Virus record (IMG/VR): IMGVR_UViG_3300046780_000088
Span: 1-64,000 of that record
From: a virus
DNA: 64,000 nucleotides
Direction: 5' to 3' (one strand)
Shown here: positions 50,587 through 60,372 of the stretch, in pieces
How the letters are laid out: every line of letters begins with the position of its first letter
How positions within the stretch are numbered: the first letter of the stretch is position 1
Notes under the pieces: model-generated
The model's input: only the letters and a program-made list of their open reading frames with translations
Told to the model about the DNA's origin: nothing
The model's database searches: none
Translations under genes and position numbers: made by a program

Positions 50587-51658
50587 TGAGGAAAAATAGA
50601 ATGGTACATAAACACGAAGGTCAGACCAAGGTTCAACCGCCGAACGATTCGGCCTATCCGGGTCCGTATTTGCAAGTCGCCGACTTGAAAGTCGATGATG
50701 CGAAGTATATTCAAAAGCGTGCTGGTTCAGTTTTCAATTCCATCGTCAAGGGCGATCAAGCGGCGAAGAATGATCTGATCAATGCAGCGATGCAAGGCGC
50801 ATACCGCGATGCTTCGCCGGGTGATACGCAACCGCAAGTGATTGCTCCGAACTTCGATGATTCGCAATACGCCAATCAAAGTGTGATCGATGTTGTTGCG
50901 GCATTCAACAAATTCAGACATCCGAATCGGTGATTTCACCAGCGACAAGTATTGTCATCGTCGGAGTGAGTGCGCAGACAGCGTTGCTCGCTCTTTGGGC
51001 GTTGGGCATCGAGCGATGGCCTTGGTTCATCAATCTGCTCCCGCTTGAAGCACTGATCGTATTCGTGCTTGGGCTGAGTGTGTATCTGGTATCAACGAAA
51101 TCGAATCCATTTCAGTGAAGGAAAACATCATGGCAAAATACGGAAGAGTACCGCAAGAAAAAGATGCAGTCGCACCGAAGGGCGCGTTCGGACAACCGAA
51201 TGGCGATGGATCGCACAACGACAAGCCTGATTTCGTTGGACAGGTTGTATCGAGTGACGCGAGGGCCACACACCGCGTTGTGAAGTCGGTTGGCAATCAG
51301 CGCGAAGCGGTTGCGCATTTCGCGCCGGTTCCGCAAGATGCGTCGGCATTCGAAGCGGCGGTAGAAGCTGCGAAGGTTTTGTCGAAGGAACAACCGGGTG
51401 CGACGTTCGATGTCGAAGGTCCGAAACCTGACGATAAGGCAGAAACGTCGTTCGTCGTGGAGACACCAAAACCGAAGGTTGAAGCGGCAAAGACTGAGAC
51501 AACTTCTGCGAAGACGTGAGCGAAGCGCAATATTCATTCACTGACCTTGTGATCGCGTTCTGGATGGGCGCGATCTTTTTGTATATGCTGCTGATCATAA
51601 TGGCCGGTATCCAAGTGATGAAAAACAAACCGCCGAACGAACCGCCGACAGGCACGAC

Positions 51659-52162
51659 ATGAAGATTAAGAAGACGCGAAGCGACAAAGGCGTGCATAAA
51701 CCTGCATCCGAAAAGAGTTTGCAAGCGCTGGTGAAGTACCGAGCGGAACATCCGGGCGAGAAAATTGGTGGTATACCGTTGGTAGTGTTCGATGCAAAGC
51801 AGTTGCAGACGATCACGAAGTTGCGCGCAGTAAGCACCCCGATTAGGGCTATTGCTCGCGCGATGGGCGTGTCGAACATGACGTTCAATGCGATGCGCGA
51901 ACGGCAACCGGAAGTTCAGGACGCACTCGATGCTGGCGACGACATGCTGTACAACAGGATCATTTCAGGTCGCACAGGATTGCTCAACGAGAAGAGTTTC
52001 GTTGCGAAGATTTTCTTAGCGAAGGCGTTGTTAGGACTACGCGATGGCGAATCAGTGCCGGGTAATACCGGGCCGCGCATAGTCATCAACATGCCCGGAG
52101 CGCAACCGCTGTCGAAGGTGATCGAGGGACAGGTGATCAGGGAAGATGACGACGAAAAATAA
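51659..52162 (+). CDS. Probable terminase small subunit / HTH protein
   Basis: IARAMGVS..TF HTH, IFLAKA.LG.RD pattern; upstream of TerL. Confidence 0.6.
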   Translation: MKIKKTRSDKGVHKPASEKSLQALVKYRAEHPGEKIGGIPLVVFDAKQLQTITKLRAVSTPIRAIARAMGVSNMTFNAMRERQPEVQDALDAGDDMLYNRIISGRTGLLNEKSFVAKIFLAKALLGLRDGESVPGNTGPRIVINMPGAQPLSKVIEGQVIREDDDEK

Positions 52163-52506
52163 ATTCAGTCCGCGCGTCGGCGATCCGAATTTCAACCCGC
52201 GTGCGTACTATGAGCGTGTGTATCTCAAAGACATCGAGCGTGACATCGACATGAAGGACAAGCTCAAGAAGGATGCAGCATGGCGGAAGATGATCAGGGA
52301 CAAACACAATGAAACTGCTTGACTATCCCGGACTGACGATTGAAAAGTTCGATGACGGTACAGTTACCGTCAGTTTGTTCGATCAGTATGTGGAATTTAC
52401 GAACGAGGAATTTTTGTTCATGATGAAAGATTTGAATGGGAACATTGCACATGATGCGCGCATGGAGCGCGAGCGACCATCGCCGGTTGCCGTAGCTTGA
52501 CGCCAT

Positions 52507-52584
52507 CTGTGCGTAGCTCAGTCAGGTCAGAGTACCCGGCCCGGAACCGGGAAGTCGAAGGTTCGAATCCTTCCGTACAGACCA
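52507..52584 (+). tRNA. tRNA-Pro(CGG), C33
   Basis: CTGTGCG/CGTACAG acceptor, anticodon arm CCCGG-CCCGGAA-CCGGG, GGTTCGAATCC T-arm, ACCA. Confidence 0.85.
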
Positions 52585-53872
52585 TTTCCAAGAGGAAATT
52601 ATCATGAATACAACCGTTGTAACACTGAATTATTTCTTCGTACTTGCTGCTACCGTTGTGATGTGGGTTGCGGCATTCAATCCTACCGTCGATGCAAACC
52701 ATAAATTTTCGCTCGCAATAAATTGGATGTGTCTTAGCTTTGCACTTCTTCTGACTGCGTGGTTCTTCAAGTAAGTGAAGAACTGCACTTACGGTTGTAC
52801 GGGAAAGTGTTTCGATAATCATTCGTTCGATTGTTCGGTTTGTGGTAGCAAATCTTCGGCATGTTACGGTATTGATAACGTATGGTATTGCGTGAAGTGC
52901 TGGCTTGAGAGAGTTCTATGATCGAGTACGTTCTGGTTATGGTGGTTGGCAGTCAACTGGCGTTTGCTACCGACGTTCGTACAGATGAAATGCTCATCTT
53001 TACGAAGCTTGCTGTATGTGAGCAAGCGAAAGTGAGGATGGAGAAAGTTGCTGCGAAAGTGATGAAGGAAAATCCGCAGTTCGACAAAAGCTTGACGCCT
53101 GTGATTGAATGCATTGATCGGCAGAAGACACCTTGGGCCGATGAACCAACAGAAAAGAAAACGCCGATGCTGAACGAAGAACAATTCTTTCAGTACGGCA
53201 ACAAGCAAGGTGATGCATAATGGTTCGCGCATTTCAAGATACTGGTAACGGTACAGCAGCACCGGCAACTTTCACTGGACAAGTGAAAGCAAATGGTGAA
53301 TCTCCAACCGACAACAAGACGTATTCTGCAACGTATCGCGTGACTCGATATTGGGGTGTGGCATTCATTCAAGCAGAAGCGGTAGCGTACTTTCATACCA
53401 AAGCAGACGCCGATGCTGCTGCTGCAACATTGAATGCAACGGCACATGGTGAAGTATATCGTTCTGAAGTTTCTCAATGAGGAAATTGATATGTCAATGA
53501 ATGGTCCGAAGTCCGCGAACAAGAAACAAACATTCGATATTCAACCAAAACTGATTCCTGATGGATATGCACAATTACCAGCAGCATTGGCGGTTACACC
53601 GCCCGGTGTTCCAGTAAGTGTTCCGTTGGTTCCAAATGCAATGCCTGTGTATCCTTGTAAGAATTGATGTAAGTGAGAGGAATGCGTAACATCGCTCTTT
53701 GGGCGTCGAACGAATCACCAAATTCGCAATCCGCGCCAATGGTTTCGATAAACCAAAAAGACGATTGTGTTGTGTTCACAGTGCGTGATGCCTTCGACAC
53801 AACAGCGATTGCCTTCATGCCGATAAAAGACTTCGTGAAGTTTGCTGCGACATTTATTCAAGAGGCTAGATC

Positions 53873-54316
53873 ATGACAGGCTGGACTGATGCAGCAAGAG
53901 CCGCGAGTCTTGCAGTTCGTGAGGCTGAAGCGAAGAATCACAATGCAAATGGAAAAAGAGCAGGGCAGGAAACACATCATCAAGCAATTCGTGAAGTATC
54001 AAAATGGTATCACGGCGACATTAATGCGATAAGAGGACAATCAATAAATGCAAAGAGTTTGATGACTCCAAGTTGGGCAGTAACGAATTTAAAGTCAGCT
54101 TATAATTATGCAACTCAAGCATCATACAAAAAATCTTTAATTCCTGAACGCAAAGCGATATTCTCAGTTAGACCGATAACAAAAAATTCAACTCGTATGT
54201 CGGAAGGTCGCGGTCGCGGTAGTATGTCAAAAGAAGTTATTGCTTCTCCATATCGGATGAGTATTGTGTCAAGATTACCGCAAGCTCGCGGCCATGCATC
54301 AAGAGGAAAATATTGA
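53873..54316 (+). CDS. WTD-leader protein 1: leader + putative Arr-like ADP-ribosyltransferase
   Basis: Shared leader; cargo WYHG...SWAVTNLKSAYNYA...IFSVRP...ASPYRMSIV. Confidence 0.6.
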   Translation: MTGWTDAARAASLAVREAEAKNHNANGKRAGQETHHQAIREVSKWYHGDINAIRGQSINAKSLMTPSWAVTNLKSAYNYATQASYKKSLIPERKAIFSVRPITKNSTRMSEGRGRGSMSKEVIASPYRMSIVSRLPQARGHASRGKY

Positions 54317-54489
54317 TGACAGGCTGGACTGATGACGCGCGGAAGTCGTCGCTCGATGCACGTCGGAACAAGAAGACAGGAAAAAAGAAGACGTACGTTC
54401 GCAATCGCGTAGCGAAAACTCCGCGCGAAAAGGCAATCGATAAATTTGGTGAAGCCTATGTCGAAACTTTCATGGATGAACTGAAATGA
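54316..54489 (+). CDS. WTD-leader protein 2 (57 aa, basic; absent from the ORF track)
   Basis: MTGWTDDARKSSLDARRNKKTGKKKTYVRNRVAKTPREKAIDKFGEAYVETFMDELK; TGATG/ATGA-coupled to both neighbours. Confidence 0.8.
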   Translation: MTGWTDDARKSSLDARRNKKTGKKKTYVRNRVAKTPREKAIDKFGEAYVETFMDELK

Positions 54490-54878
54490 CAGGATGGACT
54501 GACCAAGCACGCGAGGCGTCGATTGCTGCACGCCACAATGCCAATGGCAAAGCACCCGGTCAGGAAGCGCACCATGCCGCGTTGAAAGCGGCGCAGACGC
54601 GCAGAGCGAATGTCGCGCACAACGATCACCGTCATGCTGTGAAAGCTGCTGAAGATGCGTTGCTTCGTGCACGTTCGCTTCATGAAGTTCCGAAGTGGGC
54701 GAACCTGAAAGCTGTGAGCAACTTCTATCTTGCCGCTGCACAATCGCATGGTCGATACCAAGTCGATCACATCGTACCGTTGAACGGTCGCAAAGTGATG
54801 GGTTTGCATGTGGAGAATAATATGCAACTGTTGACTCCGTGGCAGAATAAATCAAAAAGCAACAGGTTCAAATCATGA
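54486..54878 (+). CDS. WTD-leader protein 3: leader + HNH endonuclease
   Basis: Shared leader; PKWA...VDHIVPL.G..V.GLHV.NNMQLL...N..K.N. Confidence 0.85.
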   Translation: MTGWTDQAREASIAARHNANGKAPGQEAHHAALKAAQTRRANVAHNDHRHAVKAAEDALLRARSLHEVPKWANLKAVSNFYLAAAQSHGRYQVDHIVPLNGRKVMGLHVENNMQLLTPWQNKSKSNRFKS

Positions 54879-55195
54879 CAGGCTGGACTGACGCTGCGCG
54901 TGAAGCGAGCTTGGCAGTTCGTGAAGCCGAAGCGAAAGATCATAACGCCAACGGGAAAGCTCCCGGACAGGAAACGCACCATGCCGCATTGAAGGGCGCA
55001 GTGACGCCGACATGGGCAACACATACTGAAGCTGCACGAAAGATGGCAGCGTTGCAATCGACAAGACCGCATTCAATTGAAAAACGTTTCGGTAGTAACG
55101 GGCCAAATCCTGATCAATTGACAGCATATAAAGCAGAAGTGAAGTCTTGGAATTCTGCATATCGAAATGCGAAGAAGGGATTGATGCCTAGATGA
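54875..55195 (+). CDS. WTD-leader protein 4: leader + unknown helical cargo
   Basis: Shared leader; overlaps the terL start (ATGA-type coupling). Confidence 0.75.
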   Translation: MTGWTDAAREASLAVREAEAKDHNANGKAPGQETHHAALKGAVTPTWATHTEAARKMAALQSTRPHSIEKRFGSNGPNPDQLTAYKAEVKSWNSAYRNAKKGLMPR

Positions 55196-56631
55196 GCCAA
55201 GAAGTAATAGCACGCACACCAGAAAAAGTAGTAGGAAGACCAAGACTCGATACACCGCCGCCCGGAACCGATCTGTTGACGATGTCGAAATTTCAGAAGC
55301 GCGTGCTTCGCGTTCCTGAAGAAGTCGATTTGTTTCTTGGTGGTGGTCGTGGTGGCGCGAAGTCATACACGATGGTCTTGCTCGCTCTTCGGCACGTCGA
55401 ACAGTATGGTCCAAAGGCACGAATTCTTTACATCCGGCAAACACATGCGGGGTGCGCAGACTTCGAATCTTTGTGTCTCGAAGTTTTTTCGTTGTTGTAT
55501 GGTCGCACCGTAAAATACAATTCTACGAAGGGACTATTCAAGTTCCCGAACGGCGCGACTCTCGAAATCAATCAGCTTGAAACAGTATCAGACTATACGA
55601 AATTTCAGGGGCGCTCATTTACGCTGCTGATGATTGACGAAGCAGGGCATTATGCGATGCCTGATATGTTGGACAAGCTTCGTTCGAACTTGCGTGGACC
55701 GGCAGACATGCCTACACGCATTGTGATCGCAGCAAATCCGGGTGATGCAGGACACCATTGGTTAGCTTCACGGTACGTTTTTCGTGCGGCACCGTGGACT
55801 ATCTTCAAGGAACCGAACTCGCAACGTTTCTTTTTGTATGCGCCTTCAACGTTCCTAGACAATCCATTCATCAACCAAGCTGAATACAAGGCTCAACTTG
55901 TATCGTCTTGTCCAAGCGATCCTGAACTGTTGCGCGCGTGGCTTGATGGTGATTGGGCGATTGCTCGCGGTGCGTACTTCGGTGGATGTCTTGAAGAATC
56001 GCGTAACGCGGTAGACTTCTGGAATTACAAGATACCTGCTGGTTGGGATTGGTGGCTTGCGCACGATTATGGTTCGACCGCTCCGTCAGTAACGTACATC
56101 GTTGCGAAGTCACCGGGTGGCGAAGGACCGGATGGAAAATGGTATCCGCGCGATTCACTTGTACTGGTCGATGAATTTGCAACGAACGAAGCTGGACATC
56201 TGAACAAGGGACTTGGTTGGATGGTTCCGCGACTCGCAGAAGAAATCATCAAGCATTTGTGTATGCCGTGGAATGTTGCCGCAACTGGTGTCGCTGATGA
56301 TGCTTGCTTTGCCAAAGGTGGACATTCTCGCGGTTCGATTGCTGATGAGTTTGCACGATGTGGATTGATCTTTGTTCCTGCCAAGAAGGGTGATCGTCTT
56401 TCAGGCTTGACAACGTTGAAGCGTTTGTTAGGCGATGCAGGACAGATGGATGTACCCGGTTTGTATATCTCGCGTTCGTGTTCGTATTTTTGGGCTACCG
56501 TTCCATACTTGGCGCGCGATCCTCGTAAGATGGAAGATTTGGATTCAAAGGGACCGGATCACGCTGCTGATGCAGCACGGTACGGTGTATTGCGCGAAGA
56601 GAGAAGCGCAACAATGAAGGCGATGTTCTGA
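55192..56631 (+). CDS. terL: Terminase large subunit
   Basis: GGGRGGAKS Walker A, FQG, IDEA, ANPG, LRAWLDGDW, HDYG, DHAADAARY. Confidence 0.93.
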   Translation: MSQEVIARTPEKVVGRPRLDTPPPGTDLLTMSKFQKRVLRVPEEVDLFLGGGRGGAKSYTMVLLALRHVEQYGPKARILYIRQTHAGCADFESLCLEVFSLLYGRTVKYNSTKGLFKFPNGATLEINQLETVSDYTKFQGRSFTLLMIDEAGHYAMPDMLDKLRSNLRGPADMPTRIVIAANPGDAGHHWLASRYVFRAAPWTIFKEPNSQRFFLYAPSTFLDNPFINQAEYKAQLVSSCPSDPELLRAWLDGDWAIARGAYFGGCLEESRNAVDFWNYKIPAGWDWWLAHDYGSTAPSVTYIVAKSPGGEGPDGKWYPRDSLVLVDEFATNEAGHLNKGLGWMVPRLAEEIIKHLCMPWNVAATGVADDACFAKGGHSRGSIADEFARCGLIFVPAKKGDRLSGLTTLKRLLGDAGQMDVPGLYISRSCSYFWATVPYLARDPRKMEDLDSKGPDHAADAARYGVLREERSATMKAMF

Positions 56632-57077
56632 AAGGAAAACCAATGACAAATTTGACGGTTGTAAATCCGAATGAACTGAATCCTGATACATCACCGCCGC
56701 CAGTTGTGATAGGTGAAGCAAGCGAATCGCCGGATGATTCTGATGCTGATGATGTTGTTGATGTGCCGCAAGGCTCTAAGGTGTAAATGAATGTCTATGA
56801 CCTTAGATCGGTTCAAAACTGAACCACACAAAATCTATTCGTCAGGTTGGTTTGTATTCTGCTTAGTGATTATAGCAGCTTTGGTTTTGGAATTGCTGCA
56901 TCAACAAACAATAATTCTCGATCAAACAAAGATCGATCAAGAACTCCAAACGATAATCAACAATGAAGAAAATATAATTGCTCACCAAGGTCAGTATGAT
57001 CAGATAATCAAGATGCTTCTTTCAAACCAAGAAAACATCATTAAGAAGCTCGATGACCACAACACCGGAAAATCGAA

Positions 57078-57602
57078 ATGATGACAGCTACTACTACACA
57101 ACAGAGACAACGTAAAAAAGACGCACGAAAAGTAATCACCACTGCACAGACTACAGCGAAGATGTTGAAGAGCAATGCAGATGCAGTTGCTTCGGCGACA
57201 GCAAATGTATTGAAGAGTAACGCCAAGCTTGTTTCTGATGCTTTGGAAGACACGGCAAAAAATACAGCAGATATTGTTTCAAAAGCAATTGAAACTGCTA
57301 ACCATAAAAATGAAGAAATATTGCGACAACGATCTGATGAAATTGTTCTTAAAACAGAAGCGCATTTTGACAAGGCTTCAGACCGAATCGATTCATTGGA
57401 AGATAGAATTGATGGAGTAGAAAAGAAGGTTCAGGACAGAATTGATAAGGTTGAAAAGAAGGTTGATGAAGGAAATGAAGATACGAAGAAGGTTTTGGCA
57501 ATAGTTAGTGCAGGAAAAATTGGTGGCAAATTCATGGGTTGGCTTGCCGCGCTGATTGCTTCTATTGCTGTTGCATGGTCGTATCTTATTCATGGAAAAT
57601 AA
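57078..57602 (+). CDS. Coiled-coil protein with C-terminal TM
   Basis: Heptad repeats followed by a hydrophobic C-terminal anchor. Confidence 0.55.
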   Translation: MMTATTTQQRQRKKDARKVITTAQTTAKMLKSNADAVASATANVLKSNAKLVSDALEDTAKNTADIVSKAIETANHKNEEILRQRSDEIVLKTEAHFDKASDRIDSLEDRIDGVEKKVQDRIDKVEKKVDEGNEDTKKVLAIVSAGKIGGKFMGWLAALIASIAVAWSYLIHGK

Positions 57603-57816
57603 ATTTGGAGTGTGAGCAAAATGTCATCGACTCGCCCACCGAAAACTCTCGATTACGATGCACAAGAAGTTAGCATGTTGAGAGATTTGTATACCAAGAT
57701 GGCAAAGAATAATGAAATGGATCAGGATAGCGAAGGCTTCGTCACCGTCGAACAAGTTTTCGACGAATTTGCGCGAGTGCGCGATTTCTACAAAATGAAG
57801 CGAAGGAAACATTAAA

Positions 57817-58224
57817 ATGACAGGATGGACAGACGAAGCGAGGGCCGCATCGCTCGCAGTGCGTGAGGCTGAAGCAAAAGACCACAACGCAAACGGCAAA
57901 GCACCGGGACAAGAAACACATCATCAAGCAATTAAGGCGGCGAGTAATTTAACTCGTCAGCATTTCGTTGCTGCCGCGAATCAGTTGCGCGAATCTGGTG
58001 CAAGCGCTGAAGCTGTTTCGCGCGCTGCTAATGCATTCGCTATGACGAATCCTAATTTTGATCGTGGTCGTTTTGTTGCTGCCGCTACAAAGGGACTGAC
58101 GAAGGGACTTGATATTCGCTCGCAATCAAACAAAGGATTCGCAAAAGCTTCGCGTGTTGCAGCTAACGTGATGAAAAATTATTCGAGCGGCAGTCCCTAT
58201 TTGACCCCTTCTAGGAGTCGATAA
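57817..58224 (+). CDS. WTD-leader protein 5: leader + 'TRxHF...NPNFDRxRF' phage domain
   Basis: Shared leader; LTRQHFVAAA...FAMTNPNFDRGRFVAAA. Confidence 0.75.
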   Translation: MTGWTDEARAASLAVREAEAKDHNANGKAPGQETHHQAIKAASNLTRQHFVAAANQLRESGASAEAVSRAANAFAMTNPNFDRGRFVAAATKGLTKGLDIRSQSNKGFAKASRVAANVMKNYSSGSPYLTPSRSR

Positions 58225-58225
58225 C

Positions 58226-58786
58226 ATGACCGGCTGGACTGACGAAGCACGACAAGCATCACTCGATGCACGGCGCGGCAATCCAAAGGATCATAATGCC
58301 AATGGTGCTGTGAGGGGGCAAGAAACTCATCAAGCAGCGGCGCGAGTATTTTCGCGCAACAATTTACCGAAGCTTATGCGCCAATCAAATTGGTCGATTC
58401 TTTCTGCCAATCGTGGTGATGCAGTATCATCGACCAAGAACACGATGCATCAAACACAACTTGCAAACGATCTTCGTAGACAAGGGGCATCATTCATCAA
58501 GGTAGAAGGACATTATGGTGGCAAGCCTGAAATTTCGTATGCCGTAACTGGAATTTCTGCGAGAGCAGCATACGCACTTGGTGCTAAATACAAACAAGAT
58601 TCTATTTTGACCAATCGTGGTCTGATTTATACGACAGGCGCGAAAGCTCGCGCTGGCGTTCGTACACCATCTACAGGAAGAATGGCAGTCGGAAAGTCCG
58701 CAACCGGAGATTTCTATTCGCGTATTCCGTCAACAGGCGCGCGTTTCTCTGCCGGTTTGAATTTCGACAAATACAAGACAAGGTAA
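58226..58786 (+). CDS. WTD-leader protein 6: leader + putative S-adenosylmethionine lyase (T3 SAMase-like)
   Basis: Shared leader; ILSANRG....KN......L...L........GHY....E.S......LG.KY.QDSIL compared with T3 VSAFRS...N...GCY...E...EQDCVL. Confidence 0.7.
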   Translation: MTGWTDEARQASLDARRGNPKDHNANGAVRGQETHQAAARVFSRNNLPKLMRQSNWSILSANRGDAVSSTKNTMHQTQLANDLRRQGASFIKVEGHYGGKPEISYAVTGISARAAYALGAKYKQDSILTNRGLIYTTGAKARAGVRTPSTGRMAVGKSATGDFYSRIPSTGARFSAGLNFDKYKTR

Positions 58787-58792
58787 TAGCCT

Positions 58793-60358
58793 ATGTACGG
58801 TGATACGAATCCCTCTCCCGCGCCAGCTATTGCGCGTGCGGCAGTTGCAGCATTGCTTGGTGGCGGCGGAAAAAATCCTGTAGGGATTCCGACTGCGCGT
58901 TACACCGAACTTGCCGCAGAGCGTTTGTTGCCCCGTACATTGATGGGCGGCACCGAATCGATGCGTGCTGCCGGAACATTGTTCCTACCGAAACATCCTG
59001 CCGAAACACAAGCTTCGTACGACTCTCGTATCAATGCAACGTTCTTGTATGGCGGTTATGCTGAAACTGTTTTCCGCATGGCAGCTAAGTTCTTCGAAGA
59101 ACCGATTGCAATGAAAGATGATGTACCGATCAAGATGCAGCAACTTGCATTGAACATCGATGGTCAGGGTCGTGCATTGACTCCATTCACAATGGACTTG
59201 GTGAAAGAAGCAATGGTCGATGGGATAGCATTCATTCTTGTTGATCACCCTAAAGTAGCACCAGATTCTACGCAAGCAGATGTGATAAAAGCTGGATTGC
59301 GTCCGTATTGGATTCTTGTTAAAGCAGATGATGTCATTGGTTGGCAGACAACTGCTGACTCTGGTGCGCAACTTCTTACGCAAGTCCGCATCAAGGAAAC
59401 TGTTGTTGTCCCTGATGGATTGTTTGGCGAGAAAATTGAGAAGCGCGTTCGTGTTTTGTTTCCCGGACACTTCCAAGTTTACACACAGATTGTAAACTCG
59501 CGTGGAGAATCAGATTGGATATTATCTGATTCTGGTGATACATCGTTCGATGAAATTCCTTTGATCCCTTTCTACACCAATCGTTGTGGATTCATGGAAG
59601 GTATGCCGCCGCTGAAGGTTCTGGCGGAAATGAATCAAGAACATTGGGTATCGTCTAGTGAACAACGTCGTGCGTTGACGTTCTTGCGTTTCGCAATGCT
59701 TTGTGCAATTGGTGTTGATGGTAAGACATCGACACTTGAAGTTGGCCCTGATCGAGTGTTGTACGTTCCTCTCGGTGGCGATGCAAAGTACGTTGAACAT
59801 AGTGGTAAGGGAATTGAATCTGGTCAAGCTGATTTGGATTCGATAGAGAAGCGCATGACTAGCGCTGGAATGAAGTTGAGAATTGAGAATGCAGGACAAG
59901 TTTCTGCTACAGCGAGTGCAGTTGATAGCGATGATGTGAATGCAGTATTGAAAGCAATTGCCAAAGAACTTGAAGACGTGCTTGCGCAAGCAGCACAATT
60001 CACTGTTGAATTGCTTGGGTTGCCGGATGGCGGTTCATACGATGTGTTTGATGATTTCGCTGATAGCGGCGCACCGGGCACAATAACTGAATTCAATGCA
60101 ATGGCGGTCGCAGGAAATATCAGCAAGCAGACGTTGTGGGAAGAATTGCGCCGTCGCCATATGCTCAGTGAGGATTTCGATCCCGAAACAGAACAAGCAA
60201 ATCTTGATTCAGAATTGCAGTCGTACATGAAATCAGTAGCACAACAGTCGGCATTGGTTGCTAATGCAGTGCCGCCATCACCCACTTCTGGCGCTGCGCC
60301 AACACCTGTTGCACCAACACCGCCTAAGAAGTCGAAATTGAATATCAAACAAAATTGA
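58793..60358 (+). CDS. Portal protein (DUF4055-like)
   Basis: LMGGT..MRAAG..FLPK...E....Y..R, NIDGQG, ILVDHP, RPYW, PPL..LA..N..H; position after TerL. Confidence 0.88.
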   Translation: MYGDTNPSPAPAIARAAVAALLGGGGKNPVGIPTARYTELAAERLLPRTLMGGTESMRAAGTLFLPKHPAETQASYDSRINATFLYGGYAETVFRMAAKFFEEPIAMKDDVPIKMQQLALNIDGQGRALTPFTMDLVKEAMVDGIAFILVDHPKVAPDSTQADVIKAGLRPYWILVKADDVIGWQTTADSGAQLLTQVRIKETVVVPDGLFGEKIEKRVRVLFPGHFQVYTQIVNSRGESDWILSDSGDTSFDEIPLIPFYTNRCGFMEGMPPLKVLAEMNQEHWVSSSEQRRALTFLRFAMLCAIGVDGKTSTLEVGPDRVLYVPLGGDAKYVEHSGKGIESGQADLDSIEKRMTSAGMKLRIENAGQVSATASAVDSDDVNAVLKAIAKELEDVLAQAAQFTVELLGLPDGGSYDVFDDFADSGAPGTITEFNAMAVAGNISKQTLWEELRRRHMLSEDFDPETEQANLDSELQSYMKSVAQQSALVANAVPPSPTSGAAPTPVAPTPPKKSKLNIKQN

Positions 60359-60372
60359 AGGAGTCTTGAAAA

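Noticed and set aside
53873-58786. Shared leader as a RiPP precursor or Sec/Tat signal peptide
   Set aside because: No modifying enzymes nearby, cargos are folded enzyme-sized domains, and the leader has no hydrophobic core.
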